From Candidatus Latescibacterota bacterium (GTDB lineage Bacteria > Latescibacterota > UBA2968 > UBA8231), in contig OZ242214.1 of NCBI GenBank assembly GCA_965206595.1, forward strand, positions 4,416,001 to 4,480,000: a stretch of DNA of 64,000 nucleotides, given 5' to 3'. Every line of letters starts with the position of its first letter. Within the stretch, counting starts at the first letter, position 1. The position numbers and the translations under genes were made by a program. Positions 37,266-48,010 of the stretch are shown one piece after another. The notes beneath the pieces are model-generated. The model was not told the DNA's origin. It saw nothing but the letters and a program-made list of their open reading frames with translations, and ran no database searches.

Positions 37266-39038
37266 ATGCCAATACGGATTTTTGCACTCGCTCTCGCCCT
37301 GATTCTTCACGGGTCGACAGGACCTGGCCTGGCCCAGGACGAAGAGGAACTGCAGAGACTGGTCGAGGAGGGAGAGCTGGAAGAAGCTGAGCTGCAGCAG
37401 CTCCCCGGAACCGAACTGAGGGAGCTGGGGCAGGATCTGGTTTCCGGAAAGATCCGACTGCCCAGCGGGGAGAAAGTGGAAAAGCTGCGTATCAGCCAGG
37501 ACCGCGAAGTCGATCCGGAGACCTATGTCGTCGGCCCCGGCGACGTGATGCAGCTCTACATCTGGGGCGAGTTCGACCTCTCCTACATGCTTCAGGTCGA
37601 CCCCGTCGGCAACGTCATCATTCCCACTGTCGGCGCTTTCGAGGTCTCGGGAATGTTCCTGTCCGAGGTGAAGGAACGGATCCTCGCCACGTCGCGGGGC
37701 AAGTACCCCGGCGTCGACATCACCCTCACCCTGGCGAGCATGCGCTTCTTCACCGCCTACGTCACCGGCGCCGTGCTGCAGGAAGGCAGCTACACCATCC
37801 ACCCGACCACGCGGGTTTCCGACATGATCGAGCGGGCCGGGGGGTTCACCGACGAGCTGAGGGGCACCAGCTTCCAGGACGAGGTGGGCGGCAAGCAGGT
37901 CACCCGCGTGCGCCAGATCATCGAACAGACCACCGGACGGCGCTCGATCAAGCTGATCCATCTGGACGGCAGGGTCGATCTCGTCGATCTCGACATGTTC
38001 CTCTCCACAGGCAAAATCGCGCACAACCCCTACGTGCGCATGGGAGACGTAGTCCACGTCGGCTACCGCGACGCCTCGGTGTTCATCTTCGGCGCCGTCA
38101 ACCTGGAGGGGGAGCAGGAGTTCCGGCCCGGTGACAGGATCGAGGACCTGGTGAACCTCGCCAAGGGGCTGCGTCGGGACGCCCCCCTGGTCAGGGCGGA
38201 GCTGTGGCGCTTCCGCGAAGGCACCGAGGAGGCCGAGGTCATCGAGCTGGGCAGCAACGAGGAGGGGAAAGCGGGGTTCGTGTACGGAGATATTCGCGAC
38301 GTGCCCCTTCAAGCCAACGACATGGTGTTCATCCGCGCGCGGACGCAGTGGCAGCTCATGCCGACGACGATGGTCGTCGGCCAGGTCAAGTACCGGGGCC
38401 GTTACCGCATCTACCCGGGGATCACCCGGATCAAGGACGTGCTGGCGATGGCAGGCGGCCTCACCGATGAGGCCTCGCTGATCGGCGCCAAGGTGATCCG
38501 CACCAAGATGCGCAGCCAGATCGACCCCGAGCTGGATCGGTTGCGCAGCCTGCGGGCGGTGACCGGGCTGGCCGACATGAGCGACGAAGACCGGGCCTAT
38601 CTCAAGACCAAGGGCCGTGAGGAGAAGGGGCGGGCAGCGGTCGATTTCGAGCGCCTGTTCCTGGAAGACGACGAGGAGCAGAACGTCACGCTCGAGGGCG
38701 GCGACGTCATCTACATACCCGCACGACGGCGGACCATCAGCGTCAGCGGGCAGGTCCAGAAGCCGGGCTTGATCGATTTCGAACCGGAGGGCGACGTTCG
38801 CTATTACATGGAAAAGGCCGGTGGCTACACATACGACGCCGACAAGGGAGGTGCCCGTCTGATCCGCGCACGCACCAGTATCCGGGAAGAGCTTAAAAAT
38901 GATCTTCTGGTCGAAGCCGGCGACGAGATCTGGGTACCGCAGAAGAAGCGAGTCAACTACTGGGAATTCACCCAGGCGACCATGCGCACCATAGCCGAGA
39001 CCCTGACCCTGGTGGTCCTGGTCCGGTCATTCAAGTAA
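37266..39038 (+). CDS. Polysaccharide export protein with SLBB domains (Wza/KpsD-like)
   Basis: Signal peptide; YVVGPGDV..LYIWG, G.V.IPTVG and multiple SLBB repeats (AGG); AGGAGG RBS. Confidence 0.88.
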   Translation: MPIRIFALALALILHGSTGPGLAQDEEELQRLVEEGELEEAELQQLPGTELRELGQDLVSGKIRLPSGEKVEKLRISQDREVDPETYVVGPGDVMQLYIWGEFDLSYMLQVDPVGNVIIPTVGAFEVSGMFLSEVKERILATSRGKYPGVDITLTLASMRFFTAYVTGAVLQEGSYTIHPTTRVSDMIERAGGFTDELRGTSFQDEVGGKQVTRVRQIIEQTTGRRSIKLIHLDGRVDLVDLDMFLSTGKIAHNPYVRMGDVVHVGYRDASVFIFGAVNLEGEQEFRPGDRIEDLVNLAKGLRRDAPLVRAELWRFREGTEEAEVIELGSNEEGKAGFVYGDIRDVPLQANDMVFIRARTQWQLMPTTMVVGQVKYRGRYRIYPGITRIKDVLAMAGGLTDEASLIGAKVIRTKMRSQIDPELDRLRSLRAVTGLADMSDEDRAYLKTKGREEKGRAAVDFERLFLEDDEEQNVTLEGGDVIYIPARRRTISVSGQVQKPGLIDFEPEGDVRYYMEKAGGYTYDADKGGARLIRARTSIREELKNDLLVEAGDEIWVPQKKRVNYWEFTQATMRTIAETLTLVVLVRSFK

Positions 39039-39083
39039 CCCCGCCTGCCTCCCGGCGTAGATACACACAAGAAAGCACTCGCA

Positions 39084-40271
39084 ATGGAAATAGAAAGAAA
39101 AGACACCGATATACTCGACCTGCTGGCCGCGCTGCACGCCGGCCGGAAAATGATTGTCGGAGGCACCCTGGGTATGTGCGTCCTGGCCGGGACGCTCAGC
39201 TTCCTGGTGCCCAAGGAGTACGAGGCGATTGCGCAGATTCTGCCGCCAAAGGAACAAAAACAGGGGTTCGGCTTTTCCGACCTGCTTTCGGCGCTGCCGA
39301 TCCCGACCTTGCGCCTTGGAGAAAAGGGCACTCCGGCCGACATCTTCATCGCCACGTTGATCAGCCAGAAAACGCGTCGCAATATTGTAGGGGAGTTCGA
39401 CCTTCTGCAGCGCTACGATGCCGAAACCATGACCGATGCGGTCGAGATCCTCGCGGCAAAAACCTCGGTCGACAAGACCGAAGAGGGCACCATCCAGATC
39501 TCGGTGCTCGACCAGGACCCACAGAAGGCCGCCGACATGGCCACCCATTACATCGAGGTACTCGACATAACCAACAAGCAGATCTCCCAGAAGACCGCAT
39601 CCGAGCGCCTCGACTTCATCCGCAAGCTTCTGAAGGAGGAGGACGCCAAGCTCGAGGAGAAGATGGAGCGGCTGGTGGAGTTCCAGTCGGAGTACAACGC
39701 CATCTCCATCGAGGACCAGGCGCGCGCGGTTATCGGGGCCGCGGCGGGGATGCAGACCAAAGCCATGGAGCTGGAGATCGTCCGCCGGGGGTTGATCCTC
39801 TCCGGACTCGACGCCGGACACGACAGGGTGAAAAAACTCCAGCAGGAGATCGCGCTGCGTGAGGAGATGATGGTCACGTTGCGGGACGGGCTCAAGGCCG
39901 ACGGGGACGACCTGCTCCGCAACAAGACGCTGCAGCTGGACGAAAACCTCTTCCTGCCGCTGAAGCAGATCCCGAGGGTCGCCCAGGAGTTCGCGACCCG
40001 GGAAAAGGACGTGCTGGTGCAGAAAGCCCTGCTGCAGCTCCTGCTGCAGCAGGAGGCCGAGGCGCTGATCGAGGCCAAGAACACGACTTCGACGGTGCAG
40101 GTACTCGATCCGGCGGTGCCGCCGGAGATCAAGGCCAGGCCGCGGCGGCTGCTCATCATCCTCATTACCGGAGTGCTCAGCCTCTTCGCCTCACTCAGCT
40201 ATACGCTGGGGATGGTGTACGTGCGCGATATCCAGAAGCGCTGGCGCGAAGAGCGACGGGCAACCGCCTGA
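39084..40271 (+). CDS. Polysaccharide co-polymerase / chain-length determinant (Wzz/GumC-like)
   Basis: Two terminal TM helices, coiled-coil periplasmic region, VQVLDPAVPPEIKARPRR. Confidence 0.85.
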   Translation: MEIERKDTDILDLLAALHAGRKMIVGGTLGMCVLAGTLSFLVPKEYEAIAQILPPKEQKQGFGFSDLLSALPIPTLRLGEKGTPADIFIATLISQKTRRNIVGEFDLLQRYDAETMTDAVEILAAKTSVDKTEEGTIQISVLDQDPQKAADMATHYIEVLDITNKQISQKTASERLDFIRKLLKEEDAKLEEKMERLVEFQSEYNAISIEDQARAVIGAAAGMQTKAMELEIVRRGLILSGLDAGHDRVKKLQQEIALREEMMVTLRDGLKADGDDLLRNKTLQLDENLFLPLKQIPRVAQEFATREKDVLVQKALLQLLLQQEAEALIEAKNTTSTVQVLDPAVPPEIKARPRRLLIILITGVLSLFASLSYTLGMVYVRDIQKRWREERRATA

Positions 40272-40331
40272 GGATCTGCAACCCGTCCTTGACCGCGCCG
40301 CTCCGCCGCAGAAAGGCTACGCTGCAAGCCT

Positions 40332-41486
40332 TTACGACTGCTCCCTGCCGACCGGCTGCCAGACCCGGTGGCGGCGGCCGCTCAGGAAGTGCAGAAGTCC
40401 CTGCAAAGCACCCCAGTTGGTGGCGCAGAAATAGGCGGGAATGTAGAACAGCCAGGTCCGCCCGAGCCGCTCCGGCAGCGCCATTCCCAGCAGCGCCAAG
40501 CCGTAAAAACCACCCTGCAGGGCCAGCAGGACGCGATAAATCCCACCTTCCTCTGACAGAAGTAGATTCAGGGCGAGTGCGGCCAGAAGAAACACCGGCA
40601 CCAGCCAGCGCAGCAGCTTGTGCGACGCCACCTGAAAGGCGAAAAGGAGATGGGCTGCCGGGTTGAGCACCCCGCGCTGGGTCCAGAGACCGTACAGGGA
40701 CCGCGAGACGATGCGGCGGCGGCGGCGGCGCTCGTCGACGAAGGTGCCTGGGCTGACTTCGGTGGCCACTGCCAGCGGCGCATAAACCACCCGGTAGCCC
40801 TGACGCCAGACGCGGATCGGCATGATGAAGTCGCTGATGATGTCGCTGTCCAGCACCTCGAAGCAGCCGCGCCGTAGGGCGTAAATCGCCCCGTTGGCCC
40901 CCAGGGCGGAGCTGAGCATGCTCTCCCTGAGCTTGAGGAACTGCTCGTAGCGCCAGTAGACCCCCTCCCCCTTGCCCGCCCCTCCCTCTCCGGGGTTGGC
41001 GTATTGCAGCTCGCCGCAGACACACCCGACCCCGGGGTCGGCGAACGGGGCCAGGAGCTGCTTGAGGGCGTCGGGAGCGTACATGCTGTTGGCGTCCGAA
41101 AACACCAGGTAATCCCCCCGCGCAAGCTCCACCCCCGCGTTCTGCGCGGCGGTCTTGCCGCTGCGCTCCTGCATCCTGTAAAGGCGCACCCCGCGCTCGG
41201 CGAATTCGGAGGCGATGCGGTCCGTGCCGTCGGTGGAGGCGTCCGAGACCACGACGACGTCCAGCTTGTCCGCAGGGTAGTCGATGTCCAGGGTATTTTC
41301 CAGCTTGGCTCGCAGCACTGTCTCTTCATTGTAGGCGGCGATGACGATCGCCACCCCGGGCCACTCCTCCGGCGGGGCGTACCCCGGAGCTCGGCGCCCC
41401 ACCGTCAGGAGGTAGAGCAGGACGGGGTAGATCAGGTAGGTGTGGGCGACGAGAACCACGGCCGCCCAGAAAGCCACTACGAGCAT
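40332..41486 (-). CDS. Glycosyltransferase family 2, membrane-bound
   Basis: IAAYNEE, SDASTDGT, FSDAN, GANGAIYA and RRRRIV motifs. Confidence 0.92.
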   Translation of the reverse strand: MLVVAFWAAVVLVAHTYLIYPVLLYLLTVGRRAPGYAPPEEWPGVAIVIAAYNEETVLRAKLENTLDIDYPADKLDVVVVSDASTDGTDRIASEFAERGVRLYRMQERSGKTAAQNAGVELARGDYLVFSDANSMYAPDALKQLLAPFADPGVGCVCGELQYANPGEGGAGKGEGVYWRYEQFLKLRESMLSSALGANGAIYALRRGCFEVLDSDIISDFIMPIRVWRQGYRVVYAPLAVATEVSPGTFVDERRRRRRIVSRSLYGLWTQRGVLNPAAHLLFAFQVASHKLLRWLVPVFLLAALALNLLLSEEGGIYRVLLALQGGFYGLALLGMALPERLGRTWLFYIPAYFCATNWGALQGLLHFLSGRRHRVWQPVGREQS

Positions 41487-41647
41487 CCAGGTTGCAGGAG
41501 TGAGGGGGAAAAACAAGGTCGGGGGGGGTATCCATCCTATTATCTTTGCCGACTGCAGTTATCGCAACCGTTCGGTTTCCCTGCCAATGGTCCAGGGAGC
41601 TATGGTAGAAGAGCAGGAAACCGAACGGCAAATCCTGGCGGATCCTC

Positions 41648-42763
41648 ATGCCAAGCGTCGTTCACCTGACCACCGTTCACGACCCTTTCGACAGCCGCGT
41701 CTTCCACCGGGAGTGCAAAACTCTGACCGAGGCCGGTTACGACGTCGTGCTGTTGGCCCCCGGAGGGGCCAACTCCATTGTCGACGGCATTGAGGTAGGG
41801 GGGCTGCCCCGATGCGACAACCGCATCCTGCGCATGAGCCTGGGGGTCGGGCGCACCCTCCTCAAGGCCCTGGAAAAGCGAGCCGACCTTTATCACTTCC
41901 ACGACCCGGAGCTGATCCCCGCCGGCCTGCTGTTGCGGCTTCTGGGCAAGCGCGTGATCTACGACATCCACGAGGACAACCGCACCGCGCTCGCGGAGCG
42001 GGAGTACCTTCCCTCCCCGCTACGGGCCCTGGCAGCCAGGCTCCTCTCCTGGGTCGAAGAGAGCAGCAGCCGTCACTTCCACCTCGTCCTGGCCGAGCGC
42101 TATTACGCCGAGCGCTTCCCTCGAGGCGAAACGATCCTCAACTACGCCCGCTTCCCCGTTCTGCAAGAAGACCGGCTGGAGGCTCGTCCCCGGGCCGATC
42201 ATCCGCGGCTCATATACACCGGGAACGTCAAACCCTACCGCGGGGCCCACCGCCACGCCGAGCTCCTGCAGCATCTGCCCGAGGCGGAGCTGCTCCTGGT
42301 CGGCCGCTGCGACCCGGAGTTGGCGGCCGAGCTGCAGGCCGGGTCCGACCGGAAGCGCCTCCACTTCGAAGGGGTGGGCGCCTACGTCCCCCACCAGCGT
42401 ATTGTCTCGCACTACCTCCGCGAGTGCTGGACCGCCGGTCTCGCCCTGTTTCCCCCGAGCCGGCACACCCGGCGCAAGGAGCTGACCAAGATCTTCGAGT
42501 ACATGGCTTTCGGCATTCCCGTGCTCTGCGCCGACTTCCCCAACCTGCGCGAGATCGTGGAAGGGGCCGAATGCGGAATCTGCGTCGATCCTGAAAACGG
42601 AGTGGCTGCCGCGGAGGCGGTGCGCTATTTGTGGGAACATCCGGAGGCGGCAAGGCGGATGGGAGAAAATGGACGGGAGGCGGCGCGGACGACGTACAAC
42701 TGGGACACTCAGGCGGACAAGCTGCTGCGCCTTTACGATACCATCCTGAATCCCAATCCCTAA
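41648..42763 (+). CDS. Glycosyltransferase family 4
   Basis: HDPFDSRVF, YHFHDPEL, YDIHE and KIFEYMAFGIPV motifs. Confidence 0.92.
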   Translation: MPSVVHLTTVHDPFDSRVFHRECKTLTEAGYDVVLLAPGGANSIVDGIEVGGLPRCDNRILRMSLGVGRTLLKALEKRADLYHFHDPELIPAGLLLRLLGKRVIYDIHEDNRTALAEREYLPSPLRALAARLLSWVEESSSRHFHLVLAERYYAERFPRGETILNYARFPVLQEDRLEARPRADHPRLIYTGNVKPYRGAHRHAELLQHLPEAELLLVGRCDPELAAELQAGSDRKRLHFEGVGAYVPHQRIVSHYLRECWTAGLALFPPSRHTRRKELTKIFEYMAFGIPVLCADFPNLREIVEGAECGICVDPENGVAAAEAVRYLWEHPEAARRMGENGREAARTTYNWDTQADKLLRLYDTILNPNP

Positions 42764-43099
42764 TGAGGCTGAATACAGGGTGCTGCGCCGTTTGCGCTGC
42801 CATTCCGTTTTCAGACTGTATTGACTTACTTTGGAGGAAGGGCGGTGAAAAACCAAGCGGGTAAAACATGCAACGATGGAGCAACCTTCTATGCGGTACG
42901 CGGTACCGTTTGACCAACCATCTGCCGAAACCCCCGGGCTGAGGACGCTGGAAGTACAGGCGGAGAATAGCTCCGTTGGTCGATCACCGGATGGCTCACC
43001 GGCGCTGACCTTTCTGGAACGGCCGGGCCCCCCTTTGATTTTTTCGAAAGTTTCTCCTGGCGGTTGATTCATGCACTGCTGATTCCGGCTTTCTGACAG

Positions 43100-45031
43100 A
43101 TGACATCCTTTCATCTCAAATCCCTGCTCATCGGCTTCTTTACACTGGGACTGATCGCTTGGTTTGCAGGCGTCCCGCTCCTGGAAAACCTGGTAGATTC
43201 GGCATACAAGGGAGATTCGCTGGATTACCTGGACAGATTGCTCGCCAAGGACCGGCAGAAAGACCCCCAGAACCGAACGCTATCCTACTACCAGGAACGT
43301 GGGATCCATACCTTTGAACGCCTCATCTTACTCTACTTCGCCGCTTGGTGTCTTGCGACCTTGGCCCTTTTCCGCGGCCGCCGACACCTGGCCTCCTTCT
43401 ATGCTGCTGCTACCTCTCCAATAAATCTTGCAGTCTTCCGCATTTTCCTGTTTGCCCAGTTGCTCGTATTCGGCCCGAAACTCGCCATTGAATTGAGCCA
43501 CCTGCCCGAAGCCGCCTTGGTTCCCCCTCCGGGATGGGGTTGGCTCCTTAGCTTCCTGCCGCCCAAGCCCTATCTGGTCGAAGGGCTGTTCAGGTTGTTT
43601 CAGCTATGTTGTATAGCGGGACTTTTAGGGATTTTCACCCGCACAGCTGCCGTCGGAGCCTCGATTATTGGCCTATATGTTTTGGGGGTTCCCCAATTTT
43701 TCGGGAAAATAGACCATTATCATTTCATGTGGTGGTTCACAGTCCTTCTGGCAGCCAGTCCTTCCGGACATGCCCTGTCAGTAGACGCAGCCCGCAGGAC
43801 CATGTCACCCGAAAACACCCCTGCACCGGGCTGGGAAGTATGCACTGCCTCTACGATTTGCCTGGTTGTTGATCGGCTTGATCTATTTTTTTCCGGGATT
43901 CTGGAAATTCGTTCTTTCGGGTACGGACTGGGCTTTGAGTGACAACCTCAGGTTCAAGATGTACGCAAAATGGTTTGAATTGGGAGGCTGGGAACCATTT
44001 TTTCGCCTGGATAAGTTCCCCTCAGGGCCACTTTACAGAAGCGGCGGAATTCTCACCATGGTACTCGAAACCCCGCGCTGTACAGAAGCGGCGGAATTCT
44101 CACCATGGTACTCGAAATGGGTTTCATCTTTGCCATGTTCTGGCGCCCAACCCGCATCGCTTATATACTGGGAGGATTAACATTTCACCTTAATAACAGT
44201 CTATTTCTTAATATACATTTCACCCATTTGATGGTTGCTTATGTGGTTTTTATAGATTGGCATAGTCTCCTTGGACGATCAAAACAGCACCTTTTCAAAA
44301 AACATGCGATCCTGTTCTACACACCCGACACGCCAGGGCAACGGTGGGCTGCCTTGGCTCGATCACTGGATTTCTTTGGTGCCGTCGACTATACCGCCGA
44401 GGAAAAGTCGGGCCCGACAATTCGCCTTTCACTAAACGGCGAACCTGCAGAAGGGATGGCTTTTTGGACCCTTTTCATTTCGCGGGTGCCGCTGATCCTG
44501 TTAGCCCTCCCTTTCCTGATAGTCCTGAACCGGAACTCCTCATTCCAAACCAACACCAAAACAACCCTTCCCCCGGTTTCGTCACGGCCGGTGACCCAGG
44601 CAGGTGTCCTTCTGTTAATCGCCAACAGTTTTTGCGGCTTCGCATTGATCGATTCCTGGCCTTTTGCCGTATACCCCACCTTCGCTTCGATAGATAAGCC
44701 GCAAGCGCCCTCAATGATCCTTATTGCCACCGACGCCAAAGAACACCCCCTTGCCCAAACTGTTCCTATGAAAAACGATCATTTCACAAGCTCTTTTGGC
44801 AGTCCTGCTCGGCTCCGTGCATATCTCAATCTGCTCCTGTCCCAGGATCCCAAACAGAACATCGATCGTTTCAAGGCATTATGGCTATTGTGGCAGCAGA
44901 CTGACGAAAACCTGGAAGGCGCCGTTGCGGTCAATTTCCACCGGGCAATGTTTTCTACAATCCCCGAAGACCAGTACCGGGTATATCGAAATCGCCGCTT
45001 GCTCTTCAGCCTGGCCGTCGGTGATGGTTGA
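43100..45031 (+). pseudogene. HTTM-like multi-pass membrane protein broken by a +1 frameshift (~43833) and a 37-bp duplication (44034-44117)
   Basis: LAVFRI, GKIDHYH, ALSVDA, YFFPGFWK, FH…IHF and WPFAVYPTFA lie across three frames; AT-rich relative to the host. Confidence 0.75.
44034..44117. repeat. Perfect 37-bp direct duplication with a 10-bp spacer
   Basis: TACAGAAGCGGCGGAATTCTCACCATGGTACTCGAAA at 44034-44070 and 44081-44117. Confidence 0.95.
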
Positions 45032-45172
45032 AACTGCCGGACCGCGGGGATCCGGGGGCAGGGACGGGGTGATTTGCACGCAGGGCCGGTCCTGCTTCAT
45101 CGGATTTTTCCGGTGGGTCAGAAATCAACCGAGATCGCCCTTGCTCTCTTCCTACATCTTCTACCTGATCTA

Positions 45173-46569
45173 GGCTATATCCGGGTTTTTCAAAGAGCAA
45201 TTTATAGCGTTTACAGAGAGAGATATTGAGTGATTCATACTGTAAGGAATCGGGCCGGAATCTGCGCAGGGATATCGAGGTCTCCGACGCACAGGTAGAT
45301 GAGGTCGGCAAAGGCATCGAGCGTTTTAAATCCACTGGCTCGATTCTTGACCATGCGGATGATGCGATTGAGCCCTTCGGCGGCGGCCTTGGTCAGGTGC
45401 GTATCGACGAAGGCCGTGATCCCGGCGGCATGCTTGCGCACCGCATTGACGAACCTGCGCAAGGGCTCCAGGCGGCTGTGCAGGGCCGCCTTCGTCCACT
45501 CCTTGAGGAAGCGTTCGGCGGCCCAGCGCGCCTGGTAGCGCCAGAAGTGCTCGAACTCGTCCTTCAGGGGTCAGGCGCGGTAGATGCGGCGGTTGGTCTT
45601 CTCCAGGGTTTTGAGCGTGCGCCGGTCCTTGCGCGAGCGCTGGGCGGAGTGATGCAGCAGCACCCAGCGCAGCCCCTTGAGCAGCTTGCGGTCCTCGCCG
45701 CAGGCTTGCCGCCACTGTTCCTTGCGCACCTCGTCGACGGCTTCGTTGAGGGCCTTGACGACGTGGAATCGGTCCAGGACGAGTTGGGCGTTGGGACCAT
45801 GCTGCCGGATGGCGCCGATGAAGGTCTCGCTCAGATCGCAGCAGACCCAGCGGATACGAGCCTTCTGGAAGGCGCTCAGCCGGTCCCGGAAGAACGCGTC
45901 GATGGTCTCCCGTGCCTTGTCCTTGCCGACCCGGACGACACAGGAACGTTCCAGGTCATAGACCAGGGTGGCGTATTTGTGGCACCTGGCGTAGGAGACC
46001 TCGTCGATACCGAGGGGTCTTCAGCCCGCGGATGCGGTGCCCAGTACGCCGATGCGCGATGAGCCGATGCAACTGGCAGTACTTCAGCAGCAGATATTCG
46101 AAGCGGTAGCTGACCCGGGCCGAGGGAGCCGCCCAGGGCACCTTCTCGACGTGCCGGCCGTGGGTCGGACAGCGGATCTCTCGAGGGGTGTGGTGCAACC
46201 AGAGGGTACGGCCGCAAACGCGGACATCGCGCCAGCGGCGGGGCTCCATGACCCGTACGATCTTGCTCCGGCGCCCACACTGAGGACACCGGCACCCGTT
46301 CTTGTGGGGCTTCACCGAGACCACGACGGCCGCTTCCTGCCCGCATCCTTCGAACCACACGTCGACAGCGCGAAATCCCTTGAATTGGAACAGCTTGGAG
46401 AGGAACTTCATAGCGGTCATAGGTCGCCTTCCCTTTCCTGGGGAGTGCTTGATGGGGATACACCAAGCACAGGGAACGACCTATGGCCTTGTCATGTACT
46501 CAGATGGACAGCGAGGGCTCAGGTACTTTCCGTACTTACGTTTCGGCGTTGAAAAACCCGGATAGACCC
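45173..46569 (-). mobile_element. ISL3-family insertion sequence (~1.4 kb), degraded
   Basis: 21-bp terminal IRs GGCTATATCCGGGTTTTTCAA (45173-45193) and TTGAAAAACCCGGATAGACCC (46549-46569), 19/21 match; 8-bp duplication CTGATCTA at 45165-45172 and 46570-46577. Confidence 0.92.
45235..46420 (-). pseudogene. ISL3 transposase remnant
   Basis: CRCPQCG…RCPTHG zinc finger, GIDE, DRFHVVK and AEGLNR..R…ASGF spread over several frames with a premature TGA. Confidence 0.9.
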
Positions 46570-46731
46570 CTGATCTACCTGTCTGGTGAATTTCCTGCAA
46601 AGCGGGCTCCCGGTACAATCCCCCCCGGGGAGATTCCAGTAGTTCTCCCGCTGTAACTTTGAGCATGCCCGGTTTTCCGATTCAAGCCGGGTTGATCCCT
46701 TCCTCTGTTTGACCGCGCACTTGGCCAGGCA

Positions 46732-47901
46732 TCAGGCATTCGCGGCGGCGAGCACCTCCCCGTATAGCGCGTGGATCCGTGCCGCTACTTTCCGGTAGTC
46801 GTAGCGCTCCTCCGCCTGCCTTCGTATCGCCTCCCGGTCATAGGCTTCGTACCCGTCCACGACTTCAAGAATGCCCTCAGCCAGGTCTTCCCCGTCTCCA
46901 ACTGCGACCAGACGCCCTGTCGAATCGTCCACCATCTCCTCCGGACCGCCACAGCGCGTGGCCACCACCGGCAGGCCGCAGGCCATCGCCTCGATCAACA
47001 CGATTCCGAAGCTGTCGTAGAAACTGGGCAGGACCACGAGGTCGGACTCGGCCATGTGGCGCGGCATTTCCTCCGGGGGCACCGCATCCCTGAACTCCAC
47101 GCAATCCGACAGTCCCAGGGCCGCGACCTGGGGCAGGAACGGCTCGGACGTCCCGGTGGCCGGGTGGCCCCCGATCAGGACAAGCGAAACATCCGAACGC
47201 CGCCGCCGCAGTCTCGCAAGCGCCTCCAGGAGGACACGCAATCCCTTTTCCTCGACGAACCGCCCCACGTAGAGCAGGCGCCATCCCCCTTCCCCGGGCG
47301 GCCGGGATACGGCTCTCGAAAAGAGGCTGCAGTCAACGCCATTGGGTATCCAGCGCACCTTTCCGGGACTCACCCCGAGCTTCAGGACCTCATTGCGTAG
47401 ATCCCGGCTCACGGCAACGACGGCATCCGCTCTTTCCAGGGCTTCAATGGTCAACTGCCGCCACCGGGGATCGAGACTGGGCAGTCCCTTGACATCGAAA
47501 CCGTGGACGGTGACCACCACCGGCTTGCCGTTACGAACTCCGTATTCGACGGCAGCCAGACCGTCCGGATAGGCGCAGTGGGCGTGCACAAGATCCGGAA
47601 CCGCAATATCGCAGCGTTCCAAGGCACCCAGGTGGAAACGCCATTGTCTGGTGAACAGGATGCGGCGCGGCAGCGCAAGACGCCGGGGGTGGTATATCCG
47701 CAGTCCGTCCACCACCTCGACGCGCGGGACACGCCGGTAAGCGCTCCAGCGCCCGAAGCCGGGACATGGAAACCAGGGAACGGGTGCTACCACCTCGAGC
47801 GAGCAATGCTCCTTAAGGAAACGCAACTGGTTGTGGACGAAGGTTCCGCTCGCCCGGGCGTAGCTGTTGGGATAGAGGTGGGACAGGACCAGGACCCTCA
47901 C
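46732..47901 (-). CDS. Glycosyltransferase family 4 (TuaC-like)
   Basis: GTG start with GAGGAG RBS; SHLYP, HAH..YPDG, IPNGVD, VGRF..EKG and SFGIVLIEAMACGLPVV. Confidence 0.9.
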   Translation of the reverse strand: MRVLVLSHLYPNSYARASGTFVHNQLRFLKEHCSLEVVAPVPWFPCPGFGRWSAYRRVPRVEVVDGLRIYHPRRLALPRRILFTRQWRFHLGALERCDIAVPDLVHAHCAYPDGLAAVEYGVRNGKPVVVTVHGFDVKGLPSLDPRWRQLTIEALERADAVVAVSRDLRNEVLKLGVSPGKVRWIPNGVDCSLFSRAVSRPPGEGGWRLLYVGRFVEEKGLRVLLEALARLRRRRSDVSLVLIGGHPATGTSEPFLPQVAALGLSDCVEFRDAVPPEEMPRHMAESDLVVLPSFYDSFGIVLIEAMACGLPVVATRCGGPEEMVDDSTGRLVAVGDGEDLAEGILEVVDGYEAYDREAIRRQAEERYDYRKVAARIHALYGEVLAAANA

Positions 47902-48010
47902 GTCAGCTCCTCGCGTTCTTCCCATTCCGGCACTGCGAAGATTGTTACCGGGAGCAAGCCTTTCGGCTCGGACCGGCCGAAACCGAGAAAGACGCGAAGC
48001 GCCGGGGCCT

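Noticed and set aside
44034-44117. CRISPR-like 37-bp repeat
   Set aside because: The spacer is only 10 bp and the unit is coding sequence of the HTTM-like gene, so it is a local duplication
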